Shown: piece by piece, positions 1 through 10,872 of the stretch
How positions within the stretch are numbered: position 1 is the first letter of the stretch
How the letters are laid out: every line of letters begins with the position of its first letter
Assembly: GCF_001194135.2 (NCBI RefSeq)
Contig: NC_068984.1
Coordinates: 17,203,704 to 17,235,928, forward strand
DNA length: 32,225 bases
Direction: 5' to 3'
DNA from: Octopus bimaculoides
Taxonomy: Eukaryota
Position numbers and translations under genes: made by a program
The notes under the pieces: model-generated
The model's database searches: none
Seen by the model: only the letters and a program-made list of their open reading frames with translations
Told to the model about the DNA's origin: nothing

Positions 1-139
1 CTTTCAGTTTCCGTCTACCAAATCCACTCACAGGGCTTTGGTCGGCCTGAGGCTATTGTAGAAGACACTTGCCCAAGGTGCCACGCAGTGAGAATGAACC
101 CGGAACCATGTGGTTGGTAAGCAAGCTACTTACCACACA
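1..139 (-). mobile_element. tRNA-derived SINE family A, 5' part (cut by window edge)
   Basis: Reverse complement of the head seen at 31271 (GTGTGGTAAGTAGCTTGCTTAC...CCTTGGGCAAGTGTCTTCTAC...GGAAACTGAAAG). Confidence 0.85.
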
Positions 140-784
140 TAAATAAATAAATAAATATATATATACACATATACATACGCGCACACACACATATATGCAT
201 GCACATACATACATACATAATTCTTCGCTTAGTTTTGAACAGGGGCAGCTGATGAAGGAAATATTCTCTATGTGGCCTGTTTGTTTTCTGTGCTCTGTTT
301 ATGTTCTGTTTTTCATTTCGCCCACGTTTTTTGTGACGTCCTGTACCCAGATATGCATCAATATATACATGTAGATGTAGGTATGTACATACATGTACGT
401 ATATTTGCATATACTCACATATTATTTGTATTACATACATACATACAAACATACATACATGCATGTGCATGCGCACAAACAAGCAAAAAGGATGCAGCTC
501 GGATAACGGACAGGGTCAACGACTATTGAAAAGGTCGCAAGACGCAACGAAAATTTTAGGGAAAATAAATAAGTAAATGAGTGGAAACTTTACCGATGTA
601 TGTGTTTAATAAGAAGGTACTAAAAGAGAACTACTCTTCCCAGACACAACAAAACAAACGATATGTATATCTCTCTCTCTGTATATCTATACTCATGGGA
701 GACAACTCTAGATGCATTTCAGTCAAAAGTAATCCTTTCAGAGCGGTCACGCTGTTTACATCTGATCCAAACAGGTCCAGTAAA

Positions 785-906
785 ATGACTACGTTCATCC
801 CTAAAATTGAGAAGCTTTCATCATGTGTCACACGTATCCTTGGATGCAATCCAGGCCATATGACACTTCAGGGTACAAATACATATTTAGTTGGTAAAGG
901 AAATAG
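785..906 (+). CDS. LACTB2: LACTB2 coding exon 1 ([40 protein letters not shown])
   Basis: ATG at 785 in an AAAATG context, the hallmark [19 protein letters not shown] motif, and donor AG|GTACAG at 907 (phase 2). Confidence 0.93.
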
Positions 907-1510
907 GTACAGTAAACTTTATTTCTTTCTTTCACTTGACACTATCAGTTGTTTAGTTTCATGTTTGATGCGATGGTACAGACGTATGATGAAAGGCGCT
1001 ATATGTGTTACTCGCTTATCTTCTTTTCTATTGCATAGTCTACTTAGACCCACATTACGCAACGTGGTGTACTTATATTACAGAGAATGTCTTTATGCGG
1101 ATATGTCAGTCTTCTATCCATTCGCTACTCAGTCAGTGTTTTACATAATCTATTGGCATAAGTTTAGTACCGCTACTCCAACTTAATGTTTTTTTCACAA
1201 TTTTACCACTTATTGTTACTAATTCAAATACAAGGTCAGCAATTTTTAAGAGGAAGTGCTTAAGTCGATGCCATCGAGGGTGTAAATTACGATTACATCG
1301 GAATATGATGTGAAAAGAAAAAATATGAGCACACACATAGTTACTGACAACACATTACAGTTTTTTTTCCCGAAATTTCAGGTTTCGTTTTGGAGGTATA
1401 TGTGATGTGTATCAGTATGTAGGTGTACGAACCCATAAAATTTGTTTTTTCTTATTAAAATTAAATTCCAATATAATCGTAATCTACACAATCGGAAATT
1501 AAAAAAACTA

Positions 1511-1783
1511 GGGGTGTGTGGGGCAAAATGAGTAACTATCGATTTCTCGTTATTTTCTACCTACTTGTTTGAACTGATTACGCTGCACGTATCGCGTTAT
1601 TATTTTGTACTGTTGCATCATCCCGAGGAGTAAAAATTGGGGCACTATCATGCTATTAGCTGTCAGAAGTGAAAGTGCTCACTGCTAGTGAAGTATCTGT
1701 CTGTCTGCCTGCATGCCTGTTGCTGGCCTGTCGATTCTTTGACTACTGACAGCTAATACCATGACTGGCCGGAGCGAGCTATA

Positions 1784-1814
<31 letters not shown>

Positions 1815-2840
1815 ATCTATCTATTACTCGAATGTTCGCGCGTCCGCGCTAGCTAGTCGTGAGTGGTCGATCCTATTATTTTTTAACTTCAAACTTCATT
1901 TGTTTTCTATTTTGATAAATTCTCTCTGTTGAAAATTATATTTTTATATTTTAAATAATTTGCAATTTCAGGAAATATGTTTTTATATTAANNNNNNNNN
2001 NNNNNNNNNNNNNNNNNNNNNNNNNNNNNNNNNNNNNNNNNNNNNNNNNNNNNNNNNNNNNNNNNNNNNNNNNNNNNNNNNNNNNNNNNNNNNNNAGTGA
2101 GCACTTTCACTTCTGACAGCTAATAGCATGATAATGCCAAAATTGGTCAGCGTAGGTGTTGTTAAAGTTGAAAAAAAAAAACCAAAACAAACATTCAGGT
2201 GGCAGGTCCTCTTTTTTCAAATTTCTCCTCAACTTTGACTTTAATTGTGGTTGCTAATAAAATATCTAGTTAGCTTTTGGTGTTTAACAATCAATATTAT
2301 TTTTCTCTATTGGATTTCAAGTCAATTTTTTTCCACTCTAATGTCTAATTTAATAATTTTCAAGTTTCAAAGATATGATGTCTAAAATGGGGTAAAATGA
2401 GTAATGTCTGATTTCAATAACGTCTTCTCTTAAACTGCACGATGAGTAAATTATATAACGAAGAAAACACTCCAGCGAATCGCGAAGAAGCTGTAGATGA
2501 TATTTTATGTTGAGTTTTATTTTCTGTTTAGTCGTGTTTCTTTAATTTCATATCATGTGCCATTACCCCCCGACCCTGTTTCATTTGATCTAGATATTTA
2601 TTTATGTATTAATCTTTTGCATTTCTGCATTTCCAATCTTTCTGATATTAAAAGATAAGTATTGATGTCTTACTCATTTTGCCCAACCCAAATTTGTCTT
2701 ATATGCTCCAAAAGAACGGCAATAAAGAAGGCCATTTGCTTAATTGATATAGTTTTTGTAAGGTAGTGACCATATACAAAAAAATATATTTCGTATCAAA
2801 GTAAAAAAAGCAATAAAAACACCTCATTTTTACCCTCTCC
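1511..2840. mobile_element. Non-autonomous TIR element, Tc1/mariner-pogo-like, flanked by TA
   Basis: TA at 1509-1510 and 2841-2842 with degenerate inverted ends. The motif GGG(C/T)AAAATGAGTAA occurs at 1521-1535 and 2390-2404, and inverted at 2670-2684 and about 2822-2835. Confidence 0.55.
1641..2138. mobile_element. MITE with TIRs of at least 43 bp (GGCACTATCATGCTATTAGC...) and an 8-bp TSD AAAATTGG
   Basis: 1641-1683 is the reverse complement of 2096-2138 with one mismatch. AAAATTGG occurs at 1633-1640 and 2139-2146. Confidence 0.8.
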
Positions 2841-2861
2841 TACATATTTTTCTGAAACTCC

Positions 2862-3805
2862 GGATCTTTTTTAAAACGGGGGCCACATTTTTCATTAACG
2901 AAACACTTTGAAACTTGGAACACTGGTAGAATGTGTCATATAAAACATCTTTTTCTCTTAGTCTTCTTAAAAAAAAAAAGAAATCCCTAAATTATTCCAT
3001 GTTAAAGTTGTCGTATTTCTGTAATTTCAACCAATCACTGACGTCCATTCAGCCGATATACATTAAGTGCCGACNNNNNNNNNNNNNNNNNNNNNNNNNN
3101 NNNNNNNNNNNNNNNNNNNNNNNNNNNNNNNNNNNNNNNNNNNNNNNNNNNNNNNNNNNNNNNNNNNNNNNNNNNNNNNNNNNNNNNNNNNNNNNNNNNN
3201 NNNNNNNNNNNNNNNNNNNNNNNNNNNNNNNNNNNNNNNNNNNNNNNNNNNNNNNNNNNNNNNNNNNNNNNNNNNNNNNNNNNNNNNNNNNNNNNNNNNN
3301 NNNNNNNNNNNNNNNNNNNNNNNNNNNNNNNNNNNNNNNNNNNNNNNNNNNNNNNNNNNNNNNNNNNNNNNNNNNNNNNNNNNNNNNNNNNNNNNNNNNN
3401 NNNNNNNNNNNNNNNNNNNNNNNNNNNNNNNNNNNNNNNNNNNNNNNNNNNNNNNNNNNNNNNNNNNNNNNNNNNNNNNNNNNNNNNNNNNNNNNNNNNN
3501 NNNNNNNNNNNNNNNNNNNNNNNNNNNNNNNNNNNNNNNNNNNNNNNNNNNNNNNNNNNNAAATGGATATCATTTTTGAAGAAATTTTATTCGAGTACAC
3601 TTCAGATGGTGTAGATTCTGACTATATCGAAAATTGTTGTGAAAAAATTTTCCGAGAGAACTTTAACATGGAATAATTTAGGGATTTCTTTTTTTTTTAA
3701 GAAGACTAAGAGAAAAAGATGTTTTATATGACACATTCTACCAGTGTTCCAAGTTTCAAAGTGTTTCGTTAATGAAAAATGTGGCCCCCGTTTTAAAAAA
3801 GATCC
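2862..3805. mobile_element. Long inverted-repeat (foldback/MITE-like) element, arms 2862-3009 and 3659-3805
   Basis: The arms are reverse complements except for one base in an A/T run. The interior is mostly assembly gap. Confidence 0.6.
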
Positions 3806-4320
3806 CCATTTTTCCGGAAGTTATGAAGCGATAAAGTCGGTGGGACATATATGAGGAGGTATGCCAGATCAGTTTTGACTTTTCTTTCTGGAAATATTTT
3901 TCTGATTTATGTTCTACAAAGTTACCCATCAGAAAAAAAATTTCCAAAAGAAAGTCAAAATGAAAACATCATGGGAAGAGGTGGGGAAAAGATTCCCTCT
4001 CCACTCTGCAAAAAACGGACAAATTGCCTAAAATCTACACACCCTAAGAAATCCCAGATTTTTGTGCTGTAGACTCATGTAACTAAAATATTCCTCATTT
4101 CGAAGTAGGGCTAAAACCTTCTTTCTTGAATATTTTAAGCTACCCCAGTTTCTGTCGATGCCAGATCACTTGTTTATTTTTTAAACAATGGAACTCAAAG
4201 TAGATAACGCTATTAATGTAAAATATTGGGTTTAAACTACCCTTTTGGCTGGCAAAGATGAGTTGTACACACTGAATCCCCGAAGAACTATATTCATTGT
4301 ACGCATATCTGTGGAGTCCT

Positions 4321-4850
4321 CATCATCATCGTTTAACGTCCGCTTTCCATGCTAGCATGGGTTGGACGATTTGACTGAGGACTGGTGAACCGGATGGCTA
4401 CACCAGGCTCCAATCTGATTTGGCAGAGTTTCTACAGCTGGATGTCCTTCCTAATGCCAACCACTCCGAGAGTGTAGTGGGTGCTTTTACGTGCCACCAG
4501 CACGAGGGCCAGTCAGGTGGTACTGGCAACGGCTATGCTCAAAATGGTGTATTTTACATGCCACCTGCACAGGATCCAGTCCAGCGGCACTGGCAACAAC
4601 CTCGCTCGAATGCCTTTTCACGTGCCACCGGCACAAGTACCAGGAAGGCGACGCTGGCAACGATCACGCTCAAATGGTGCCATCTACGTGCTACCAGCAT
4701 GGAAGCCAGACAGCTGCTCTGGCAACAATCACGCTTGGACGGCGCTCTTAGCGCTCCACTGGTACAGGTGCCATCACGATTTCGCACCAACAGGTCTTTG
4801 CAAGCTGAGTTTAGTGTCCAGTGAAGGAGACGTTGGCATGGTTGCCAGTC
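4321..4850 (-). mobile_element. RTE-LINE-type 3' end, 5'-truncated, (GAT)n tail
   Basis: CATCATCATCGTTTAACGTCCGCTTTCCATGCTAGCATGGG... is the reverse complement of the + copies at 7440-7592 and 12238-12544. The RTE assignment is inferred from the short-repeat tail and the RTE ORF remnants in this window. Confidence 0.8.
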
Positions 4851-4939
4851 GTCGGAGTATTCATTAATTTCATGAGCAAATTGTTCCATTGATTGGATCA
4901 ACTGGAACACTTGTCTTAACCAACAGTGTCAGTTACTCC

Positions 4940-5530
4940 ATTACTCTACACTAATTCCTACACTCAGTCCATTATTCCCACAATACTTACTCTTTTATCC
5001 TAGAAGGGCAGATTGTCTCTGTGTTGGTCTGAGACACACCTTGGGGGATGAAACAAATTAATGTAGAAAGTTGATGAATGCAGAAGATTTGGTTTTCATC
5101 CCAGCAGCATTAATATGGAAGGACTGTGGTTGGTGTGGGGTGGGAGGTGGGAAGATGAGTTGTGAGCAGTGAGGTTGTAGAGGAGAATGACTATGAAGAG
5201 GAGTAACTTGAGTTAGTTGTCCTTGATGCAAAAAAAGATGTGGTTGTAGAGTTCAGAAAGTGATGGGGAAGCAGATATTTTTGGAGGAGCAGCGGGAAAC
5301 TTTGAGCCTGACTAATTGGAACTCTATGTTGCTGATGTGCTGGTGAGAGAGGTGATTGTAGAGGGGTGAGTAGAATCTATATATGGCTTGACTGAAGAGC
5401 ATAATATGGACAGCAAAGATGGATATTGATAACAGTCTAGAAATTTGTGTCTCGGTGACAAATAAGATGTGTGGTTTGCTGGATAGTAAAAAAACAATTA
5501 TGTGAGACCTATGTTGGATTGGGAAGACAC
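4940..5530 (-). mobile_element. Highly decayed CR1/L2-like LINE endonuclease fragment
   Basis: The minus strand at about 5437-5484 reads SSKPHILFVTETQISR, resembling APE endonuclease motif I. The rest is frameshifted and only weakly recognisable. Confidence 0.45.
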
Positions 5531-5547
5531 ATTGGATATGTTGTTGT

Positions 5548-5930
5548 TGTTGGCACTCTGTCGCTTATGACGTCGAGGGTTCCAGTTGATCCGATCAACG
5601 GAACAGCCTGCTCGTGGAATTAATGTGCAAGTGGCTGAGCACTCCACAGACATGTGTACCCTTAACGTAGTTCTCAGGGATATTCAGCATGACACAGTGT
5701 GCGACAAGGCTGGTCCTTTGAATTACAGGCACAACAGAAACAGGAAGTAAGAGTGAGAGAAAGTTGTGGTGAAAGAGTACAGCAGGGTTCGCCACCATCC
5801 CCTGCTGGAGCCTCGTGGAGCTTTAGGAGTTTTCGCTCAATAAACACTCACAACGCCCGGTCTGGCAATCGAAATCGCGATCCTATGACCGCGAGTCCGC
5901 TGCCCTAACCACTGGGCCATTGCGCCTCCA
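5548..5930 (-). mobile_element. tRNA-derived SINE, head H1 + body X, (CAA)n tail
   Basis: Minus-strand head GGAGGCGCAATGGCCCAGTGGTTAGGG with A and B boxes. The body is shared with 22480-22803. Confidence 0.88.
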
Positions 5931-6177
5931 CACACATTGGATAAATGTAGTCGTAAATACACTGGGTGTAAAAAAGGAAAAAGACAGGTTAGTCACAACT
6001 GGAAAGCCTTTTGATCATTAGCCTGCTTGATCAAAATCTGACTTGGTCTAAACAATAACTTAGGATTGTTAAAGATGATTGCATACATCTGAATAAATCT
6101 AAGTACAACCCCTAATTACACTTAACCCAATTATGCTATAAATAGCATATATAAATAACAAGCAATACCTGGGAATG

Positions 6178-6600
6178 TTAGCACACCAGGCGAAATGCTT
6201 AGCAGTATTTCGTCTGTCTTTACGTTCTGAGTTCAAATTCTGCTGAGGTCGACTTTGCCCTTCATCCTTTCGGGGTTGATAAATTAATCACCAGCTGCAT
6301 ACTGGGGTTGATCTAATCAACTGACCCCCTCTCCAAAAATTTTGGGCCTTGTGTCTAGAGTATAAAAAAATATATACATTTTCTTAAGGTGGCGAGCTGG
6401 CAGAAACATTAGCATGCCGGGCGAAATGCTTAGCGGTATGTCGTCTGTCTTTACATTCTGAGTTCAAATTCTGCTGAGGTTGACTTTGCCCTTCATCCTT
6501 TCGGGGTCGATAAATAAAGTACCAGTTGTGTACTGGGGTTGATCTAATCGACTGATCCTTCCCCCAAAATTTTGGGCCTTGTGCCTAGAATAGAAAAGAA
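6178..6600 (+). mobile_element. Two tandem copies of tRNA-derived SINE family D (about 6178-6368 and 6385-6600)
   Basis: Both contain GGCGAAATGCTTAGC...GAGTTCAAATTCTGCTGAGG...CTTTGCCCTTCATCCTTTCGGGG...CTGGGGTTGATCTAATC. Confidence 0.85.
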
Positions 6601-6809
6601 TATTTTCCATGTTTTTCAAAGAAGACTGAAAGCAAACGCCCTCACATGTGGAACAAGCGGGCACCTTCACATGTCAGTGATGCTCATTTACAACCGTCAT
6701 GTGCTGTCTACACAAGGGTACACACACACACGTACACGCATACACACACACATGTGCGTGTGCGTGCACCCACACATACACACACACACGTTACATGCAT
6801 ATGTTAGGC

Positions 6810-6964
6810 CTCTTTCAGTTTCCATCTACAGAATTCACTCACAAGGTTTTGGTCAGCCTAGGGCTATAACAGAAGATTCTTGCCCAAGGTGTCACACAGT
6901 AGGACCAAATCCCAAGCCATATGATCGAGAGGCAAGCAACCTTCTTAACCACACAGCTACACCT
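6810..6964 (-). mobile_element. Diverged SINE family A fragment next to a (CA)n tract (about 6718-6790)
   Basis: Colinear with 1-139 but with many substitutions. Confidence 0.7.
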
Positions 6965-6980
6965 TGGCAATAATTTCAAG

Positions 6981-7592
6981 TGTAGCCAGCTCACTTATTC
7001 GTATCTTTACTTCATTGGACACTAAACTCTGCTTGCGAAGACCTGTTGAGGCAAGTGAAATCGAAATCGTAATTGAACCATATTCGATGACTGGCACNNN
7101 NNNNNNNATTGAACCATATTCGATGACTGGCACCTGTGCCAGTGGAGCACTAACAGCACTGTCCGAGTGTGATCATTGCCAGAGCAGCTGTCTGGCTTCC
7201 GTGCTAGTGGCATGTAAATAGCACCATTTGAGCGTGGTCGTTACCAGCGTCGCCTTACTGGCACTTGTGCCAGTGGCACAAAGAAAATCATTCGAGCGAG
7301 GTCATTGCCAGTGCCACTGGACTGGCTCCTGTGCAGGTGGCATGTAAAAAACACCATTTTGAGTGCGGCCGTTACCAGTACTGCCTGACTGGCCCTCGTG
7401 CTGGTGGCACGTAAAAGCACCCACTACACTCTTGGAGTGGTTGGCGTTAGGAAGGGCATCCAGCTGTAGAAACTCTGCCAGATCAGATTGGAGCCTGGTG
7501 CAGCCATCCGGTTCACCAGTCCTCAGTCAAATTGTCCAACCCATGCTAGCATGGAAAGCGAACGTTAAACGACGACGATGATGATGATGATG
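6981..7592 (+). mobile_element. RTE-LINE-type 3' end, long copy
   Basis: Ends CCATGCTAGCATGGAAAGCGAACGTTAAAC(GAC/GAT)n. Its 5' part matches the far ends of the 18808 and 25475 copies. Confidence 0.8.
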
Positions 7593-7984
7593 TTACCAGT
7601 TCACATGCAAAGTGTGATTAACTCTATTGCAAATGTTGCATGTCATAGTGATATTTTGTTCAACATTTGTAGGATGTTAAGCATATCATTAGGCTTGTCA
7701 TTTCTAGCTGTATCTTGTTTGTTATCTCAAGTTATTTCTGCTGTCATCTTTTGCAAACACTTGTTGTGATCAGGTACATATTACAGAATGTGTTAAGATA
7801 AAAAATATTGTTTTAATTCATTGCAGTTATAACTTAATGATGAAAAATAGTCATAAGTGTTTATAATAATTCTCTCTCAGAAAAGGAAGAGAGAGAACTC
7901 TTGAAGTTTTAGTCAGTAAAAAACTAAATTGAGATACACTTATCTAGTTTGGGAGACTGAATCTGACATTTGGCAGCCATAATC

Positions 7985-8408
7985 TTTTCTACTCTAGGCA
8001 CATTCGACCCCAGTATGTGACTGGTACTCAATTTATTGACCCTCGGCAGAATTTGAACTCAGAACGTAAAGACAGATGAAATGCCACTAAGCATTTTGCT
8101 CGGCATGCTGACGTTTCTGCCTGCGAGCTGCCTTTTGGCAGCCATAATGACAATTTCAGGTATGTTTCTGTCTTATTGGACCTCATCAGTAAAGCATTGT
8201 TCACTCAGTGGTTGCCAAGATCTCAAGACTTTTAATGCTTAGTGGCATTTTGTCTGTCTTTACATTCTGAGTTTAAATGCTAATTTAGTTGACTTTGCTT
8301 TTCATCCTTTCAGGGTTGATAAATCAAGTACCAGTTGAGCACTGGGGTTGATGTAATTGACTAACCATTCCCCTTAAAGTTGCTGGCCTGGTGCCTAGAG
8401 TAGAAAGG
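7985..8408. mobile_element. Two partial SINE family D copies in opposite orientation (about 7985-8135 minus, 8235-8408 plus)
   Basis: AATTTGAACTCAGAACGTAAAGACAGATGAAATGCC...AGCATTT on the minus strand and CTGAGTTTAAAT...CATCCTTTCAGGGTTGAT on the plus strand. Confidence 0.7.
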
Positions 8409-8575
8409 ATTATTATTATCATTATTATTATTATAATTATTATTATTGAGTGAGAGAGCAGTGCATGCCATCAAAGTGACACGGGGGTACAATTATACGA
8501 AGCCCAATATACCCATCATGATTACCCGTCTGATAAGGGTACACCAGGCACATGCATCACAACCACATATACACA
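8409..8575 (-). mobile_element. Unclassified retroposon 3' end with a (TAA)n tail
   Basis: An (ATT)n tract at about 8409-8447 abuts GAGTGAGAGAGCAGTGCATGCCATCAAAGTGACAC, which I recall as an interspersed repeat. It is single-copy in this window. Confidence 0.4.
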
Positions 8576-8627
8576 ACAGAAGAAGAAGAAGAAGAGGTGG
8601 TGGTGGTGGTGGTGGTGGTGTTTCCTT

Positions 8628-8857
8628 CTCAAGCCATGCCAGGCTCATAAGGGACAGTTTCTTGGTTTCAGTGGCGTATAAAGTCCCCCACCTGGACGGG
8701 ATGCAGAGTTAATAATTTTTGCCAGCTGAGTGAACTTGAGCAATGTGAAATGAAGTGTCTTGCTCAAGAACACATCACATCATCTGGTCCAAGAATTGAA
8801 AACACAATCTTACGATCATAAATCCAACTTCCTTACCACTAAGCCACGCACCTCCAC
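8628..8857 (-). mobile_element. tRNA-derived SINE, head H2 + body Y
   Basis: The minus-strand head matches 22480 (TGGCTTAGTGG...TTGAGCAAGACAC...CACTCAGCTGGCAA). The 3' part matches the body of 28008 (CCCGTCCAG...ATGAGCCTGGC). Confidence 0.7.
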
Positions 8858-8970
8858 CTGTGTCCCTGTAGTAGAAAGAATTATTCTTTTTTATTTTTAA
8901 AGGAAATAAATTTCATTTTAAAAATGAATTTTTCAAATTCATGTTCCCTTGTATTACTCCATCTTTTCAG

Positions 8971-9134
8971 CAAAATACTGATTGATGCTGGCGAAGAGAA
9001 TAACTCTGAATATATTTCACTGCTTCAGACAGAGCTGAAGACGAATAAATGGTTTATTAGTGATATTATCGTCACTCACTGGCATGCTGACCATGTTGGT
9101 GGTGTTGCTAATATTCTGCAAAATGTACAAGAAG
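8971..9134 (+). CDS. LACTB2: LACTB2 coding exon 2 with the HxHxDH metal-binding motif (KILIDAGE...IIVTHWHADHVGG...NVQE)
   Basis: Acceptor TCTTTTCAG|C, donor G|GTAAAT, 164 nt. H77, H79, D81 and H82 in the spliced protein. Confidence 0.96.
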
Positions 9135-9257
9135 GTAAATCAGTTTTTATTAGAAACATTTATTTACATTTCAAATCTTAAATGGATTAGAAATTTCATG
9201 AGAATTATACATAACATGAAGTTGTAGCCAGAACCATTTTTATAGCATCATATCCAG

Positions 9258-9585
9258 TTGCCAGTACCGCCTGACTGGCCTTCGTAGGATTTTCGAGTGA
9301 GATCATTGCCAGTGCCCCTGGACTGGCTCTTGTGTGGGTGTCACATAAAATGCACCATTTTGAGCGTGGCTGTTGCTAGTACCGCCTGACTGGCCTTCGT
9401 GTGGGTGACACGTAAAAGCACCCATTACACTCTCTGAGTGGTTGGCGTTAGGAAGGGCATCTAGCTGTAGAAACTCTGCCAAATCAGATTGGAGCCTGGT
9501 GTTGGCCATCCGGTTTCACCAGTCCTCAGTCAGATCGTCCAACCCATGCTAGCATGGAAAGCGGACGTTAAACAATGATGATGAT
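9258..9585 (+). mobile_element. RTE-LINE-type 3' end, about 120 nt downstream of exon 2
   Basis: Same 3' terminus and (GAT)n tail. Possible TSD ATATCCAG(T/C)TG at 9250-9260 and 9584-9594. Confidence 0.82.
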
Positions 9586-10058
9586 ATCCAGCTGAAGCAT
9601 CTTTTGTGTCCAATTACTTCTTTGTCCTTGTATGATCTCAATGAGTTAGGTTTTATTTTTTTCAACAAGATTTTTTAGTTCATTACAACAATTTACTGAC
9701 TGTGTGAATCAGTGGTTCTCAACCTTTTTTTTTTTTTTACCTGTGGACTCTTTTGATTCCAATTTTACTTGGCTGAGTCCCCATTGCCATTTGATTTTTA
9801 AAAGAACCCTATTATATTTTTGTAACCAAATATTATTAGGAATTGTATAAAAACAATTTGTTAAAATATTTTGTGCATTGTAGAAGTATATACCAGTTTG
9901 TTGCAGATACGTTGGATGATGACGGGTTGGATGAAATAATGGAAACACCTTATTAAACACCTTTTATACCAAGACAAAACAATGTACATGATAACACTTC
10001 CAACCAGTTAAGATCAGAAGCCATGAGAGCCAGTGACTGGTACTGCATCCGGGCGTTT

Positions 10059-10089
<31 letters not shown>

Positions 10090-10114
10090 GCATCATTATT
10101 TATGGTTTCCTTTC

Positions 10115-10395
10115 ATTATAACTTTATTTCAGCTGCCTTAGCACCAGGCATCCTCCGTAGGTCAAGAGTTACAAGGGCACTATTGTTTTGCTATGCATGC
10201 TAAAAATTATCTCCACATTTATTCCATTTTAGATGGAGAGTGCTTTCCGTAGTATATGGGCTGTACCCATCAAGGTTATCTTTCGTAGTTCACAGAGTTT
10301 GGAATTACCAGGGAGTTGCTTAATATACTTCTAAGCTCCCTTCTTTATCATTCCCAACGCACCAATTACTACTGGTATTATCGTAGTACTAAGCT
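10115..10395 (-). mobile_element. 3' end of an REL-endonuclease non-LTR retrotransposon (R4/Dong-like), copy 1
   Basis: The minus strand translates LSTTIIPVVIGALGMIKKGA*KYIKQLPGNSKLCELRKITLMGTAHILRKALSI*, followed by a 3'UTR. It is not in the ORF track. Confidence 0.75.
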
Positions 10396-10487
10396 TTCAC
10401 ATTTTTGTGATTTTGCAGATCTTTATAGTAAGAAAGTTTTTTGTATTCCTTTCTTGAGACATTTTGATCTTGTAGGACATACATATC

Positions 10488-10872
10488 TATTATTATTATT
10501 ATTGTCTTTGCGCAGCTTCTAATGCTGGAGATGTACTACGGTGCCAGCTGTTCATTACCAGTGAACTAAAGTAACACCCCTTATTTTTCAAGCACCATCC
10601 AGAGTATTCGAGCGGTTCCAAGCAGTGCTGTTTTATTGCAGCCCCTATTTGTTCCATGTACTTCTCAAGATTTTTACTCACTGTTCCCGGGGCTCCGACA
10701 ATTATTGGTACTACTACCACCTTTTTCATCGACCACACCTGCTTAACCTCCGAAGCTAACCTGTCATATCTATCGACTTTTCTTTCTTCCTTATCGCATA
10801 CCTTGTTATCAGCTGGGCATGCTATATCTATGATCCAGTATCGTTTGCTTTCTTTCTCAATTAACACTATAT
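10488..10872 (-). mobile_element. 3' end of an REL-endonuclease non-LTR retrotransposon (R4/Dong-like), copy 2, (TAA)n tail
   Basis: IVLIEKESKRYWIIDIACPADNKVCDKEERKVDRY...VVPIIVGAPGTVSK, then after a frameshift KTALLGTARILWMVLEK*. Tail at 10488-10503. Confidence 0.82.

Noticed and set aside
249-275. Hammerhead box CTGATGA at 249-255 (also 30664-30670 and in the RTE ORF near 29235)
   Set aside because: No stem II followed by GAAA can be formed at these sites.
581-1186. 201-aa ORF as a single-exon gene
   Set aside because: Only 785-906 matches LACTB2. The remainder is read-through past a good GT donor into intron 1.
4480-4760. CRISPR-like repeat/spacer pattern (recurring GTGCCACC...GGCAAC units)
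   Set aside because: These are degenerate internal sub-repeats of the RTE 3'UTR. There are no unique spacers or cas genes, and the context is eukaryotic.
5860-5930. tRNA gene (also about 14850-14923, 28230-28302 and 31271-31340)
   Set aside because: A and B boxes are present, but each continues into a SINE body and lacks a proper acceptor stem and terminator.
7072-7133. 26-bp direct repeat ATTGAACCATATTCGATGACTGGCAC
   Set aside because: The copies flank a 10-N gap and other family members have a single copy, so this is most likely a contig-overlap artefact.
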